Positions 8,658-19,054 are shown, numbered from the stretch's first letter. The stretch is 64,000 nt of DNA from Candidatus Levyibacteriota bacterium (GCA_017991775.1 JAGOPV010000001.1:20869-84868), one strand, 5' to 3'. Notes: generated by a model from the letters alone, not told the origin. Made by a program: numbers and translations.

Positions 8658-10799
8658 TTACTCTTGTGGGGTTGAAGATCCATTGAGAAATGCATCAACA
8701 TCACGAACGAGAATATCTCTTGGCTTTGCACCATCCGCATGTCCAACGACCCCGGCTTCTACTAATTGATCAATGATGCGAGCTGCCTTGGCATACCCAA
8801 TAGACATTTTTCTCTGCAAGAATGAGGCAGATGCTTGATTGAACTGGCAAACTATTCTCACTGCATCCTCAAACTCTGGGTCACGTCCACCAGGTCCACC
8901 TCCACTAGATGATCCACCTTTCCCCCTGACATTCACTGGCTGATTAATCACCTCTTCTGTATACTCAACAGGATAATTGTTGTTCTTGAGGAACTCAACT
9001 AACTTCTTTACCTCTTTCTCAGATACATACGCACCCTGAAGTCGTGTTGGCTTTGCCATATCTGGAGGTGTATAAAGCATATCCCCTCGACCTAAGAGCT
9101 TTTCGGCACCAGGACTATCTAAGATAACTCGAGAATCAATCATGGATGACACGTTGAAGGCAATTCTAGTTGGAATATTTGCCTTAATAAGTCCAGTTAT
9201 AACGTTGACAGATGGTCTCTGTGTCGCAATAACAAGATGTATTCCGGTCGCTCGAGCCATCTGTGCAAGACGCGCGATCGCATCCTCAACTTCAACTGGC
9301 GCGAACATCATAAGATCTGCCAACTCGTCGATCACAACGACGATGTATGGAAGTGCCTGGAAGCCTGAGAGCTCATTATAGCCCTCAATATTGCGCACGC
9401 CTCTCTCAGCAAAGAGCTTATAGCGCCTATCCATCTCTCCCATCGCCCATTTCAGAGCAGAAAGGATCTTATCAGGCTCCACAATTACTGGAGTCAAAAG
9501 ATGGGGAATGCCATTAAAGGCTGAGAACTCAACGCGCTTTGGATCGACAAGAATTAATTTGACCTCCTGAGGCGAAGCTCTAAAGAGAAGTGAGCAAATA
9601 AATGAGTTAACAAGTACTGATTTTCCTGACCCAGTTGTACCAGCTACGAGAACATGCGGCATCTTACCAATGTCTGCAATTTGCGGACTTCCGGACACAT
9701 CAAGACCCATCGAGACTGCCAGCTTTGATTTACTCTTTTGCATCGCAGGTGAGGCGAGCATTGTGCGAAGTGTGACGACCTCAAGCGATCTATTTGGAAT
9801 CTCAATACCTACAAGATTGCGCCCTGGAATTGGAGCCTCAATACGAATCTGACCGGTTGGTGCCTCTGTTGCCAGAGCCAAGTCATTTGCAAGTGAGGTG
9901 ATCTTTGAGACTTTCGTTCCTAGAGCGATCTCGAGTGCGTACTGCGTGACTGCTGGACCAAGATTCACCTCAGCTACATGAGCCTCAACGCCAAAACTCT
10001 GCAGTGTCTTCTCAATTAAAGAAGCGGTCTTATTGATATCTCCACGCTCCGCCTTTGCACCTGGCGCTTCACTCAGGAGTGAAAGGGCAGGGTACTCCCA
10101 GATACCATTTCCACCTTCACCCAGAACATTGGTGATTAGTTTCGCTGCAATCAGATCATCTGGCTCGTCTTTTTTATTTGGGGCTTGCTGGTTCATCTTT
10201 AATGGCTGAACTGGCATGTCTTTCTGCTGCCCACCTTTGATAATGATCGGCTTTGATCGATCAAGTGATGACTCCCCTTTTGGATCTCTCTTAAAAAGAC
10301 TTGTAGGCACCATTCTATGAGAATTGTTCATGAGGCCTTGAACACCCTTAACGATCTCATCTGCAGATGTATCAAAGAAGACAACAACGCCGATGATTGC
10401 ACCAGCAATAAAAACGAGATCAGCACCAATTGTTGTTAAAATTTCCTCCAAAATATGGAACATTCCAAGTCCAACCGTGCCACTCTTTGTGAGGCCCAAA
10501 AGTGCAACGAAAAAAACGAGGTAACCAAAGGCGACATGTGCTCGAGAGAGATACATCTTCAAATGAAGTAAGAGCATAGCGAAAAAGAATGGAACGAGGG
10601 GAAAGAGAAATGATGCACCTGCAAATTTCTCTAAAAGAATATCATTTAACCGAGCTACAGTATCACCATTTCTTAGAAATGAGAGGAAGAATAATCCAGA
10701 AAGTGCGATCAAACCTAAGGAAAAGAGCGTGTAGATAGTATTCTTTTTGAGCTTGACCTTAAAACCTTTTCGTCTGCTAGAGCGTTTCTTTGACTTCAT
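8658..10799 (-). CDS. ftsK: DNA translocase FtsK/SpoIIIE
   Basis: N-terminal TM helices, motor domain with Walker A (VLVAGTTGSGKSV) and C-terminal gamma-domain-like winged helix. Start chosen at the internal MKSKKRSS (10799); the ORF-track start is 10838. Confidence 0.85.
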   Translation of the reverse strand: MKSKKRSSRRKGFKVKLKKNTIYTLFSLGLIALSGLFFLSFLRNGDTVARLNDILLEKFAGASFLFPLVPFFFAMLLLHLKMYLSRAHVAFGYLVFFVALLGLTKSGTVGLGMFHILEEILTTIGADLVFIAGAIIGVVVFFDTSADEIVKGVQGLMNNSHRMVPTSLFKRDPKGESSLDRSKPIIIKGGQQKDMPVQPLKMNQQAPNKKDEPDDLIAAKLITNVLGEGGNGIWEYPALSLLSEAPGAKAERGDINKTASLIEKTLQSFGVEAHVAEVNLGPAVTQYALEIALGTKVSKITSLANDLALATEAPTGQIRIEAPIPGRNLVGIEIPNRSLEVVTLRTMLASPAMQKSKSKLAVSMGLDVSGSPQIADIGKMPHVLVAGTTGSGKSVLVNSFICSLLFRASPQEVKLILVDPKRVEFSAFNGIPHLLTPVIVEPDKILSALKWAMGEMDRRYKLFAERGVRNIEGYNELSGFQALPYIVVVIDELADLMMFAPVEVEDAIARLAQMARATGIHLVIATQRPSVNVITGLIKANIPTRIAFNVSSMIDSRVILDSPGAEKLLGRGDMLYTPPDMAKPTRLQGAYVSEKEVKKLVEFLKNNNYPVEYTEEVINQPVNVRGKGGSSSGGGPGGRDPEFEDAVRIVCQFNQASASFLQRKMSIGYAKAARIIDQLVEAGVVGHADGAKPRDILVRDVDAFLNGSSTPQE

Positions 10800-10854
10800 G
10801 ATACTTATCCATAATAGCACATACCTAGCCTCACGCAACTACTATACGAAGTTT

Positions 10855-12567
10855 TTAGACCTCAATCACAACGGGGAGTACAAGTGGACGCTTTCGAAGT
10901 CTCTTAAAGATATATTTACTTGCTGTCTCTTCAATTTGCTTTCTTGTATGCACCCAGTTAGTGACTCTTCCCTTTTTAGTAGCAAGGATGTTCTTTAGCT
11001 CATGGGCAAGACCTGTCTCAATCAATTTAGCATCAGCTGGCAAAAGTCCTCGAACAATAAAGTCGGGCCTATCAACAAGCTGGCCATTTGCAGCCGAAAC
11101 TTCGATCATTAAGATCAAAATACCATCTTTTGCTAATTTCTCTCTATCTCGAAGGACAAACCCCTCGATCTCCCCTCCCGAAACCTGATCAACATAGACA
11201 TTTTTCATTGGAATCTTTCGCCCCTTCTTATACCCATCTTTCCAGAAAATGATCTCCTGACCATTTTCAATGATAAGGACATTCTTCTCTGGATAATCAA
11301 GCTTGAGCGCTAGCTCTTTATAGTAAACAAGGTGCTTATAATTACCACTAATTGGGATGACGAACTTGCCCTTTAGAAGCGACATCATCATGTAATGATC
11401 TTGGATAGATCCATGACCGGAGACGTGTAGAAGTGCACCTTGCTGCGAAGTAATTGCATGTGCTCCAGTCTTTGCAATTGAGTCGATAAGGCTATTAACA
11501 GCTTCTTCATTACCAGGAATTGGATCTGATGAGAAGACGACGACATCATCTTTTGTCAGATGGATTTCACGATGCTCACCCTCTGCGATTCGGGTAAGCG
11601 CTGAGTTCTCTTGCCCCTGACTTCCAGCTGCAATATAAACAAGCTTGTTGTCTGGATAATTTGAAGCTTGAGCAAGCTCTATAAGCGTCCCATCCTGAAC
11701 TTGAAGATAGCCAATTCGCTTCGCAACATCGGTCACTTTCACAAGCGATCGTCCCACAAGACAAACTTTACGACCATACTTCTCGGCTGCTGCAATAATT
11801 TGGTTGATTCTTGCAACGTTTGACGAATATGTCGTCAGGATGAATTTACCCTTACACTCAGAAAGTGCTCTCTCAAATGATTTTCCGATTCCTTGGTCTG
11901 AAGGCGTTTGACCTTGGCGATCAGATCCCAGTGAATCACTAAGGTGCACCATGACTCCCTCTTTAGCAAAATTCGCGATTGACTCAAAGTCCATTCGCTT
12001 TTTGTCATAAGGTGTTAGATCAATCTTAAAATCGCTGCCATGATAAAAATTACCGACAGGAGTCCTAATAAAAATATTTGCACTATCTGGAACCGAGTGG
12101 GTGACATGAATAAAGCTACAACTAAAGCTCCCGAGTGTTATTGGTTTATCCCCAAAAGATACTGAGCGCACATCCGCTGGCAATTCTAATTCACGCAATT
12201 TTTCATTTGCAAGGGCTGCTGTAAATGGAGTTGCGTACACCGGCATCTTTGGAAGCTGTGGCAAAATAAATGGAATAGCACCGATATGGTCTTCATGTCC
12301 ATGAGTAAGGAGGAGTCCAACTATCTTTTTCTTTGTTGTCAGAAGATAACTGATATCTGGAATAAGAAGGTCAACGCCAAGCATTGAACTGTCTGCAAAT
12401 CCAATACCACAATCAACTATGAGAATTTCATCTTTGTATTCATAAAGATATAAATTCTTTGTAACGTCTTCCAGTCCTCCAAGCGGAAGGAAAGAGACTG
12501 TATCTGCTGGCACTGATTGTGCATTTTTTTGATGATGTACTGGCTGTGGTGTAATTTGTTTTTCCAT
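10855..12567 (-). CDS. rnj: Ribonuclease J (metallo-beta-lactamase / beta-CASP RNase)
   Basis: LLLTHGHEDHIGAIPFI motif, beta-CASP region and C-terminal domain; 570 aa. Confidence 0.85.
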   Translation of the reverse strand: MEKQITPQPVHHQKNAQSVPADTVSFLPLGGLEDVTKNLYLYEYKDEILIVDCGIGFADSSMLGVDLLIPDISYLLTTKKKIVGLLLTHGHEDHIGAIPFILPQLPKMPVYATPFTAALANEKLRELELPADVRSVSFGDKPITLGSFSCSFIHVTHSVPDSANIFIRTPVGNFYHGSDFKIDLTPYDKKRMDFESIANFAKEGVMVHLSDSLGSDRQGQTPSDQGIGKSFERALSECKGKFILTTYSSNVARINQIIAAAEKYGRKVCLVGRSLVKVTDVAKRIGYLQVQDGTLIELAQASNYPDNKLVYIAAGSQGQENSALTRIAEGEHREIHLTKDDVVVFSSDPIPGNEEAVNSLIDSIAKTGAHAITSQQGALLHVSGHGSIQDHYMMMSLLKGKFVIPISGNYKHLVYYKELALKLDYPEKNVLIIENGQEIIFWKDGYKKGRKIPMKNVYVDQVSGGEIEGFVLRDREKLAKDGILILMIEVSAANGQLVDRPDFIVRGLLPADAKLIETGLAHELKNILATKKGRVTNWVHTRKQIEETASKYIFKRLRKRPLVLPVVIEV

Positions 12568-12574
12568 AGTTATT

Positions 12575-13708
12575 TTAAAGTGTTATAAAATCTTTTACAT
12601 TGTCAGGACCGATTCTCACATATTGAGCTTTCCCTTCGATGATTTGTCGAGCGACCTTGCGACACATTCCTTCAATTGTTCGTTCTAATGAGCGTATTCC
12701 AGAATCAAACCCTAATGGCCTGATCACAGATTGCCAGACAGTGTCATCAACGACTATCTGCTGCTCTGTTAATCCTGAATTCGAACGAATTCTCTTGAAG
12801 AGATAGTTCTTTGCGATGATGACCTTTTCATCATCTGAATATGATGGCATTTGAATTATCTCAAGTCTATCTAATACCGCTGTTGAAATATTGGTCGTAT
12901 TATTTGCAGTTGCGATAAAAAACACATTTGAAAGATCAAATGGAAAATCAATGTAATGATCCAAAAACGAATAATTCTGCTCTGGATCTAGAAGCTCTAC
13001 CAGAACTCCCATGATATCTCCGCGATAACTCTCAGTGACACGATCTAACTCATCCAAAAGTATTACTGGATTCTTAGATCCTGCATGAACTAGCTTTTTA
13101 ATGACCGCGCCTGGCTCAGAATCAGGAAGCGCTTTTGACTGACCCCTTAATGAGCGAGAGTCGGCCATGCCTCCAAACGGAATACGTTCAAATTTTTTAT
13201 TAAGAGCATCAGCGACAGACTTGGCAAGGGTCGTTTTACCTGTACCTGCTAAGCCAACCAGGCAAAGAATTGGTGCGCGCTGAACGACATCCTTCCTACC
13301 TGCTTTTAAATTTAGGATTATAGTTGCAAGATAATCCAAAATACGATTCTTAATCGAATCAAGTCCATAATGGTTTTGATCCATCAGCTCTTTTGCATGA
13401 AGAAGATCCAATGTGTCCTGAGTCTGAGTCTCCCAAGGGAGAGTAACTACCCAATTCACAAATGACGATGTATTCTCATACTCGAGAATATAATTTGCGC
13501 TCATGAATCCCGAGCTTGAACGTAAAAGTGCTAGTCTTGAAACTCTTTCAAGAATATTAAGTTTTAATTGATCTGGAAGCTTTGCCTGCTCGACTCTTTC
13601 TCCAAGTCTTCGAATTTGATCTGTTGATTCATGTGTGGCTGATTGAGAGCTCGCACTTTGAGGTTGAATTATTTGATCGCTAATGACACTGGCAGTCGGT
13701 TCGGGCAT
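12575..13708 (-). CDS. Lon-like AAA+ ATPase lacking the protease domain
   Basis: Strong Lon AAA+ similarity: YGLDSIKNRILDYLA, Walker A LVGLAGTGKTT, Walker B LLDELD, sensor ATANN, LDRLEII, SGIRSLER. The protein ends (..KDFITL) where the Lon peptidase domain would begin, and the Lon N-domain is also absent. Confidence 0.75.
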   Translation of the reverse strand: MPEPTASVISDQIIQPQSASSQSATHESTDQIRRLGERVEQAKLPDQLKLNILERVSRLALLRSSSGFMSANYILEYENTSSFVNWVVTLPWETQTQDTLDLLHAKELMDQNHYGLDSIKNRILDYLATIILNLKAGRKDVVQRAPILCLVGLAGTGKTTLAKSVADALNKKFERIPFGGMADSRSLRGQSKALPDSEPGAVIKKLVHAGSKNPVILLDELDRVTESYRGDIMGVLVELLDPEQNYSFLDHYIDFPFDLSNVFFIATANNTTNISTAVLDRLEIIQMPSYSDDEKVIIAKNYLFKRIRSNSGLTEQQIVVDDTVWQSVIRPLGFDSGIRSLERTIEGMCRKVARQIIEGKAQYVRIGPDNVKDFITL

Positions 13709-13723
13709 ATACTACTATCTTAC

Positions 13724-16120
13724 CTAATAATGTGTTCTTCTGCGAGGGCTTGATCCTGCTGGTCTTTTCTCAACTCTTTCTCTCTCAAATTGACGAGAAA
13801 GTGGATGCTTAGTCTCAGCTGCGTCAGCTGCTGGAGCCTCAACTCTATTAAAATCACGTCTAAATGGTGCTGGTGCTGGCCGAGATGCTGGAGCTCCATA
13901 TGCAGGTCGTGGAGATGCGCTTCTTCTCTCAAAAGGTGGTCTTGATGAACTTGACGATGGTCTTCTTTCATATCCACCACTTCTTGGCTCTCGAGGTGGC
14001 TGACCTGATCCAGAATCAGTACTTTCACCACTCTCACCAAACTTCATAGTAAGATTAATTCTTCCTTGATCATCAATCTCCTGAACTCGGACCTTTACCA
14101 CTTCTCCAAGCGATACAACATCCTCAGGTGAATTAACAAATCCTTCGCCCATCTTAGAAACATGTACCATGCCTTCTTTACCAGGCAAGATCTCAACAAA
14201 TGCACCGAAAGGCAAGATTCTCTTAACTGGACCATCAAATACCTCTCCAACCATTACTTCACGGGTCAATCCCTTTACCCATTCAATTGCTTTGTTGACT
14301 GCTTCGCTATCAGTTCCAGAGATAGTTACCGATCCATCATCTTCAACGTCAACTGTCGCTCCAGTTGTTGCGATGATATTCTTGATAGTCTTTCCACCAG
14401 GACCAATAAGTTCGCCAATCTTCTCGACTGGAATAGTTACAACTTCGATCTTTGGAGCATACTTTGAAAGTTCAGCACGTGGTGCTGCGATCGCATTATT
14501 CATTTTTTCAAGAATAATCATTCTTGCTGACTGAGCTCTATCCAAGATCTCTCCAACTTGCTTATCTGTAAGACCTGGAACTTTAACGTCCAATTGGATA
14601 GCTGTAATGCCTGTGTCTGTTCCTGCTACCTTAAAGTCCATATCTCCAGAGAAATCTTCAATTCCGATAATGTCTGTAATAAGAACATAGTCTTTCTCGT
14701 TTGACATCATTCCGACTGAAATTCCAGCTACTGGCTTAGTGATTGGCACACCAGCGTCCATGAGCGCGAGTGTTGATCCGCAAGTTGATGCCATAGAGCT
14801 TGATCCGTTCTGGGAAAGAACTTCTGAGACAACTCGGATCGTGTACGGGAATGCAGCCTTTGTTGGGATAACGGCCTCAAGTGCTCTCTCTGCCAATGCT
14901 CCATGACCTGTCTCTCTTCGAGAAACTGATCCAAATCTTCCAGCCTGTCCGAATGAATATGGTGGTCCTGAATAATGATGAATATATCTCTTTGATTCTT
15001 CGCCTTCTGCAGATTCAAGCAATTGTTCCATGCGAGGAGAGCCCAGAGTTACAATTGAAAGCGCCTGTGTAAGACCTCTATTAAAGACTGCTGACCCGTG
15101 AGTTCTTGGCAAAAGTCCAAGTTCCATAGAAATATCTCGTATTTGATCAATCTTTCTTCCATCAGCTCTCACTTTTTTCTCAATAAGATTTGATCTAATG
15201 ATCTTGAACATGACAGCTTCTAGTGCTTTTCCAAGAATCTTTTTATCAAGAGATGTTTCAGAATCTGCAGATTTTGCAGCCTCAACGATCTTAGCTAAGA
15301 GCTCAACTGTCTCAGATCCTCCGCCCTCTTTGTTCGCACTAGCTTCGATCAATGCCTCAACCTCAGCACTGTATGACTTCTCAACAAATGCAATTGCATC
15401 TGCAACTAATGGATCTTTTGCAACTTCAATTTTTGCTTGACCGATCTCTTTCGTGACCTTTTCGATAAAGGCAACCATTTTCTGCGTCTCTTTATGAGCC
15501 TCTACGATCGAATTATGGACAACATTCTCAGGAACCTCTAATGCTCCAGCTTCAATCATTACTGTCAGATCCTTACTCTGACTTGCAACGATATCGAGCT
15601 TTGACACTTTCATTTCACTACCTACTGGATTGAAAATGTATTCTCCTGCTTCATCAAGACCCATACGGATAGCTCCAATTGGACCTTTCCATGGAATTGG
15701 TGAGATAGCAAGCGCAAGGGAAACTGCATTAAGAGCTAAGATGTCTGGCTTGTGCTCTCCATCTGCTGAAAGAAGTGTTACAACTACCTGTACTTCATTT
15801 TTATATTCCTTGGGGAAAAGTGGTCTAATAGAGCGATCGATAAGTCTTCCGATAAGAACCGCTTCATCAGTTGGACGTCCTTCTCGCTTTACCCATCTAC
15901 TACCCTTGATGCGGCCACCAGCATAGAGCTTTTCTGCATATTCAACACTAAGTGGGAAATAATCAATATCATCACGAGCATTTCCTGCGACGACAGTAAC
16001 AAGCACGACAGTTTCACCTAAGCGTGCTAACACGCTTGATGTTGCTTGTGGAGCTAGGGTACCGATATCAAATTTGATTTCTTTTCCGGCGAATTCAATC
16101 ACCTGTGAGGTCTTTTGCAT
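13724..16120 (-). CDS. pnp: Polynucleotide phosphorylase (PNPase) with an extra ~110-aa R/S/P-rich C-terminal tail
   Basis: Two RNase PH domains, a KH domain and an S1 domain (VGEVFDGPVKRILPFGAFVEI), followed by a low-complexity tail (..RRPSSSSSRPPFERRSASPRPAYGAPASRPAPAPF..). Confidence 0.9.
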   Translation of the reverse strand: MQKTSQVIEFAGKEIKFDIGTLAPQATSSVLARLGETVVLVTVVAGNARDDIDYFPLSVEYAEKLYAGGRIKGSRWVKREGRPTDEAVLIGRLIDRSIRPLFPKEYKNEVQVVVTLLSADGEHKPDILALNAVSLALAISPIPWKGPIGAIRMGLDEAGEYIFNPVGSEMKVSKLDIVASQSKDLTVMIEAGALEVPENVVHNSIVEAHKETQKMVAFIEKVTKEIGQAKIEVAKDPLVADAIAFVEKSYSAEVEALIEASANKEGGGSETVELLAKIVEAAKSADSETSLDKKILGKALEAVMFKIIRSNLIEKKVRADGRKIDQIRDISMELGLLPRTHGSAVFNRGLTQALSIVTLGSPRMEQLLESAEGEESKRYIHHYSGPPYSFGQAGRFGSVSRRETGHGALAERALEAVIPTKAAFPYTIRVVSEVLSQNGSSSMASTCGSTLALMDAGVPITKPVAGISVGMMSNEKDYVLITDIIGIEDFSGDMDFKVAGTDTGITAIQLDVKVPGLTDKQVGEILDRAQSARMIILEKMNNAIAAPRAELSKYAPKIEVVTIPVEKIGELIGPGGKTIKNIIATTGATVDVEDDGSVTISGTDSEAVNKAIEWVKGLTREVMVGEVFDGPVKRILPFGAFVEILPGKEGMVHVSKMGEGFVNSPEDVVSLGEVVKVRVQEIDDQGRINLTMKFGESGESTDSGSGQPPREPRSGGYERRPSSSSSRPPFERRSASPRPAYGAPASRPAPAPFRRDFNRVEAPAADAAETKHPLSRQFERERVEKRPAGSSPRRRTHY

Positions 16121-16124
16121 TTAT

Positions 16125-16394
16125 TTAGTCTTTCAATCCTATCTTCTTCTTAATATCTGAGGAACGGGTCTTATCGACCTTAACCAAAAAATTGAGAAGT
16201 CTTCTTCTTTTAGCGATCATGGACAAGAGTCCACGTCTACTATGAGTATCATGCGCATGATCTTTAAGGTGATCAGCGAGCCTTGTGATGCGGTGAGTAA
16301 GGAGTGCGATCTGCACTTCTGGACTACCAGTATCACCATCCACTGTCTGGAATGATTTAATTATATCTTGTTTTTGTGTCGTTGAAAGCGGCAT
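16125..16394 (-). CDS. rpsO: 30S ribosomal protein S15
   Basis: 89 aa; matches the S15 family (..GSPEVQIALLTHRITRLADHLK..) in the classical rpsO-pnp arrangement. Confidence 0.9.
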   Translation of the reverse strand: MPLSTTQKQDIIKSFQTVDGDTGSPEVQIALLTHRITRLADHLKDHAHDTHSRRGLLSMIAKRRRLLNFLVKVDKTRSSDIKKKIGLKD

Positions 16395-16440
16395 AACGAT
16401 GTATATTATATCAATTCACGATCCAAACCGCAACAGACCT

Positions 16441-17571
16441 TTATGAAACAGAGGTAGAACCTTTGTACACCTTAGGTGTTAGCCAGTCAGATGGCGGCTT
16501 TGGCTGGTTATTATCAGATGCAAGATCAGGCACCAAGACAGGAGCGCTCTCTGAAGCAGGCTCCATAGATGGCTGACTATTCTGTGGTTGAGACTGTTGC
16601 TGTTGTTGACCACTATTTCTATTTACATGCTGTCTTAACGCTTCACGAACATTCTCTCTTCTATCTTCAGTGCGAGGCTGCTGATTTTGATTCTGATTTT
16701 GGCTTGAACGATGTGAATTATCCTGCCTTGGCTGATTTGATCCTGTTCTCACTGGTGAGGATTGGTTTGGTCTTTGTGATGGTCTAGGCAATTCATCTGC
16801 TCGATCAAGCCTAGGAGTAGCTTGCTGTGGTCGAACTGAAGTAGCCTTTCTTACTGCACCCCTCTTAATAAGGATTGATGCGATCTCAAAAGCAAGATAA
16901 CTAGTCTTTGGATCTTGGAAATTATTTGTTGCGTCAGTTAGGCCAATCATGAGGTTTTGTGACACATCAACATCTAGCTCCATTTCAAGATTAAGAAGAA
17001 GGTCAGCCACCTGCTCTGAGAGCGATGAAAACTTTGCAGAAACGAGAACAACATTCCCATACCCTTCATTAGTACTGACATTATCAATATTTAATAGTGT
17101 TACGGCATTGAGAATTTCCTCAGAAAACATTGAAGAAAGCTGAGAAATTGAGCCAACTCCAACTGAGATGATCATGTCTGGCTTATCTGCTCCTCGCTTA
17201 AATTGAACATCGCTCTCCTGGAATGTAAGACCCTTCTCGCCCGCCTTAACAACAATATTAAGAGCATCGCCTTCAATGGTATATGAAACCTTATCAATTT
17301 CTCCCTCTCTATACGGAAATGAAACAACGAGATCGCCATTTCCACCCTCGTCTGCACCTTTTACACGGTCAATACCAACGAGTGATGAGTGCTCAACAAG
17401 AGCTGCGGTTGGGGAAATAACGTATGTCTTTTTTCCCTGAGCATTCATGCTTAGAGAGATTGCAAGCGCACCGGCCATTTGATCAACTGAGGGATTTGCG
17501 GAGACCACTATAGCTACACGATTACTTCGTGCGATAAGATCGCGAATTTGTGATAATGCATTTGTATCCAT
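16441..17571 (-). CDS. DHH-family (NrnA-like) phosphoesterase homologue with degenerate catalytic motifs and a Q/N/P-rich tail
   Basis: Alignable to NrnA, but motif I is PSVDQMAG rather than PDxDxxGS, motif III is NIDNV rather than DHH, and there is no GGGH. The C-terminal ~110 aa are low-complexity (QNQNQNQQPR..). Confidence 0.55.
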   Translation of the reverse strand: MDTNALSQIRDLIARSNRVAIVVSANPSVDQMAGALAISLSMNAQGKKTYVISPTAALVEHSSLVGIDRVKGADEGGNGDLVVSFPYREGEIDKVSYTIEGDALNIVVKAGEKGLTFQESDVQFKRGADKPDMIISVGVGSISQLSSMFSEEILNAVTLLNIDNVSTNEGYGNVVLVSAKFSSLSEQVADLLLNLEMELDVDVSQNLMIGLTDATNNFQDPKTSYLAFEIASILIKRGAVRKATSVRPQQATPRLDRADELPRPSQRPNQSSPVRTGSNQPRQDNSHRSSQNQNQNQQPRTEDRRENVREALRQHVNRNSGQQQQQSQPQNSQPSMEPASESAPVLVPDLASDNNQPKPPSDWLTPKVYKGSTSVS

Positions 17572-17582
17572 AGTATCCTATA

Positions 17583-19022
17583 TTATTCATGGGATATTAT
17601 CACATCTCCAACCTGGAAGTCAAGTAATGGGGAGATAATTATGCCTGCTTCATTTCCTTTTTCTACCTTCGAAAGTGGGTTCTTTCCAACTCGTAGTGAG
17701 ATAATCTGGGTCTCGCCAATCACTGTATCTCCACGCATAATGCGAGCCCTGTCCCCTTTTGCTAGACGTCCATCTAGAATTCCCACACCAAGCGCAAATG
17801 TCTTCTCAAATGGAAATTTAGCCAAGACTTTAGCCTGACCATAGACCTGCTCCATCATGGAGAGCTCCTTACCTTCGATCGCATCGGCAATCTCACTTAA
17901 AAGCTCATAAATAATCGTATAGTTCTTCGTCAAAACCTTCTCTGTACGAGCAAGCGTTGCAACTTCTGGCCTGATCTTTGAATTAAACCCGATCACAAAG
18001 GCTCCAGTTGACTTTGCAAGCAAAATATCAGCCTCAGTCATTTCGCCTGTCTTCTGAGTGATAATCTTTGCTTTATCAGAAATTGCTGCAGTTATTGCCT
18101 CAAGTGAGCCTTGAGTATCAGCTAAAAGTATAAGAGCCAACTCTTCTTTATTAGCATTTGGCTGATATGCCTTCACAGCTCCAGTAGCTTGAACTTCTAT
18201 TTTTGCAGACTCAACATTGCTAATAATACTTCCAACTTCAGGAACTTGTAAAAATCCTAAGATCTCAACTGCATCACCAACTGTTGCTGAGGCTACCGTC
18301 CTGCCGGCATCATCGAGAAGATTGCGAACCTTGAACTTCCCACCAGTACTAAATAGCTCATCTCGAGGTGTGACTGTTCCACTTTTTACGATGACTGTCG
18401 CACGAGGGCCCATCTTTTGATCAAGTTTGGACTCAATCACAATAGCTGAAAGTGGCTGATCTGATGTAGCGCTTGGGCTCTCAGATGTATGGAGTTCTTG
18501 AACAAGAAGAATGAGATCTAAAAGCTCTTTGATATTCTCCTTTGTCTTTGAGGAGACTTCAATAACAGGTATATCTCCACCCATGCCCTCGACCATTAGT
18601 CCTTCACGGACAACTTGGCCTTTTACCTTCTCTGGATTCTTGGTCTGAAGATCCGACTTAGTAAGAACGACAATCAAAGGTACCCCAGACTCCTTGAGCA
18701 CATTAATACTTTCTCTCGTCTGTGGCATGACACCATCTGTTGATGATACTACGAGAAGTCCGATATCGGCAGCCTGTGCCCCTCGACCTCTCATTTTCGA
18801 GAAAGCTTCGTGCCCAGGAGTATCAATAAATGTGATCTTTCTTTTTTTACCATCATGAAGGACTTCGATTGATGATGCGCCAATTTTCTGGGTAATACCC
18901 CCGTGTTCACGATCAACAATAGAAGTTTCACGAATTGAGTCAAGAAGCGAGGTTTTGCCGTGGTCGACGTGACCTAAGACAGCTACGACAGGTGGATAAA
19001 GTGTTGTGTTTGTTTCAGCCAT
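17583..19022 (-). CDS. infB: Translation initiation factor IF-2 (short form, no N-terminal extension)
   Basis: The G domain starts at residue ~10 (VVAVLGHVDHGKTSLLD, DTPGHEAF, NKSD) and is followed by beta-barrel domains; 479 aa. Confidence 0.85.
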   Translation of the reverse strand: MAETNTTLYPPVVAVLGHVDHGKTSLLDSIRETSIVDREHGGITQKIGASSIEVLHDGKKRKITFIDTPGHEAFSKMRGRGAQAADIGLLVVSSTDGVMPQTRESINVLKESGVPLIVVLTKSDLQTKNPEKVKGQVVREGLMVEGMGGDIPVIEVSSKTKENIKELLDLILLVQELHTSESPSATSDQPLSAIVIESKLDQKMGPRATVIVKSGTVTPRDELFSTGGKFKVRNLLDDAGRTVASATVGDAVEILGFLQVPEVGSIISNVESAKIEVQATGAVKAYQPNANKEELALILLADTQGSLEAITAAISDKAKIITQKTGEMTEADILLAKSTGAFVIGFNSKIRPEVATLARTEKVLTKNYTIIYELLSEIADAIEGKELSMMEQVYGQAKVLAKFPFEKTFALGVGILDGRLAKGDRARIMRGDTVIGETQIISLRVGKNPLSKVEKGNEAGIIISPLLDFQVGDVIISHE

Positions 19023-19054
19023 AATGAATTAAATCTAACTAACATATGAGTCGA

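Noticed and set aside
13720-14040. 106-aa ORF and several 60-100-aa ORFs antisense or out of frame within pnp
   Set aside because: They are embedded in the well-supported PNPase coding region and are H/Q-rich frame artefacts of its R/S/P-rich tail.
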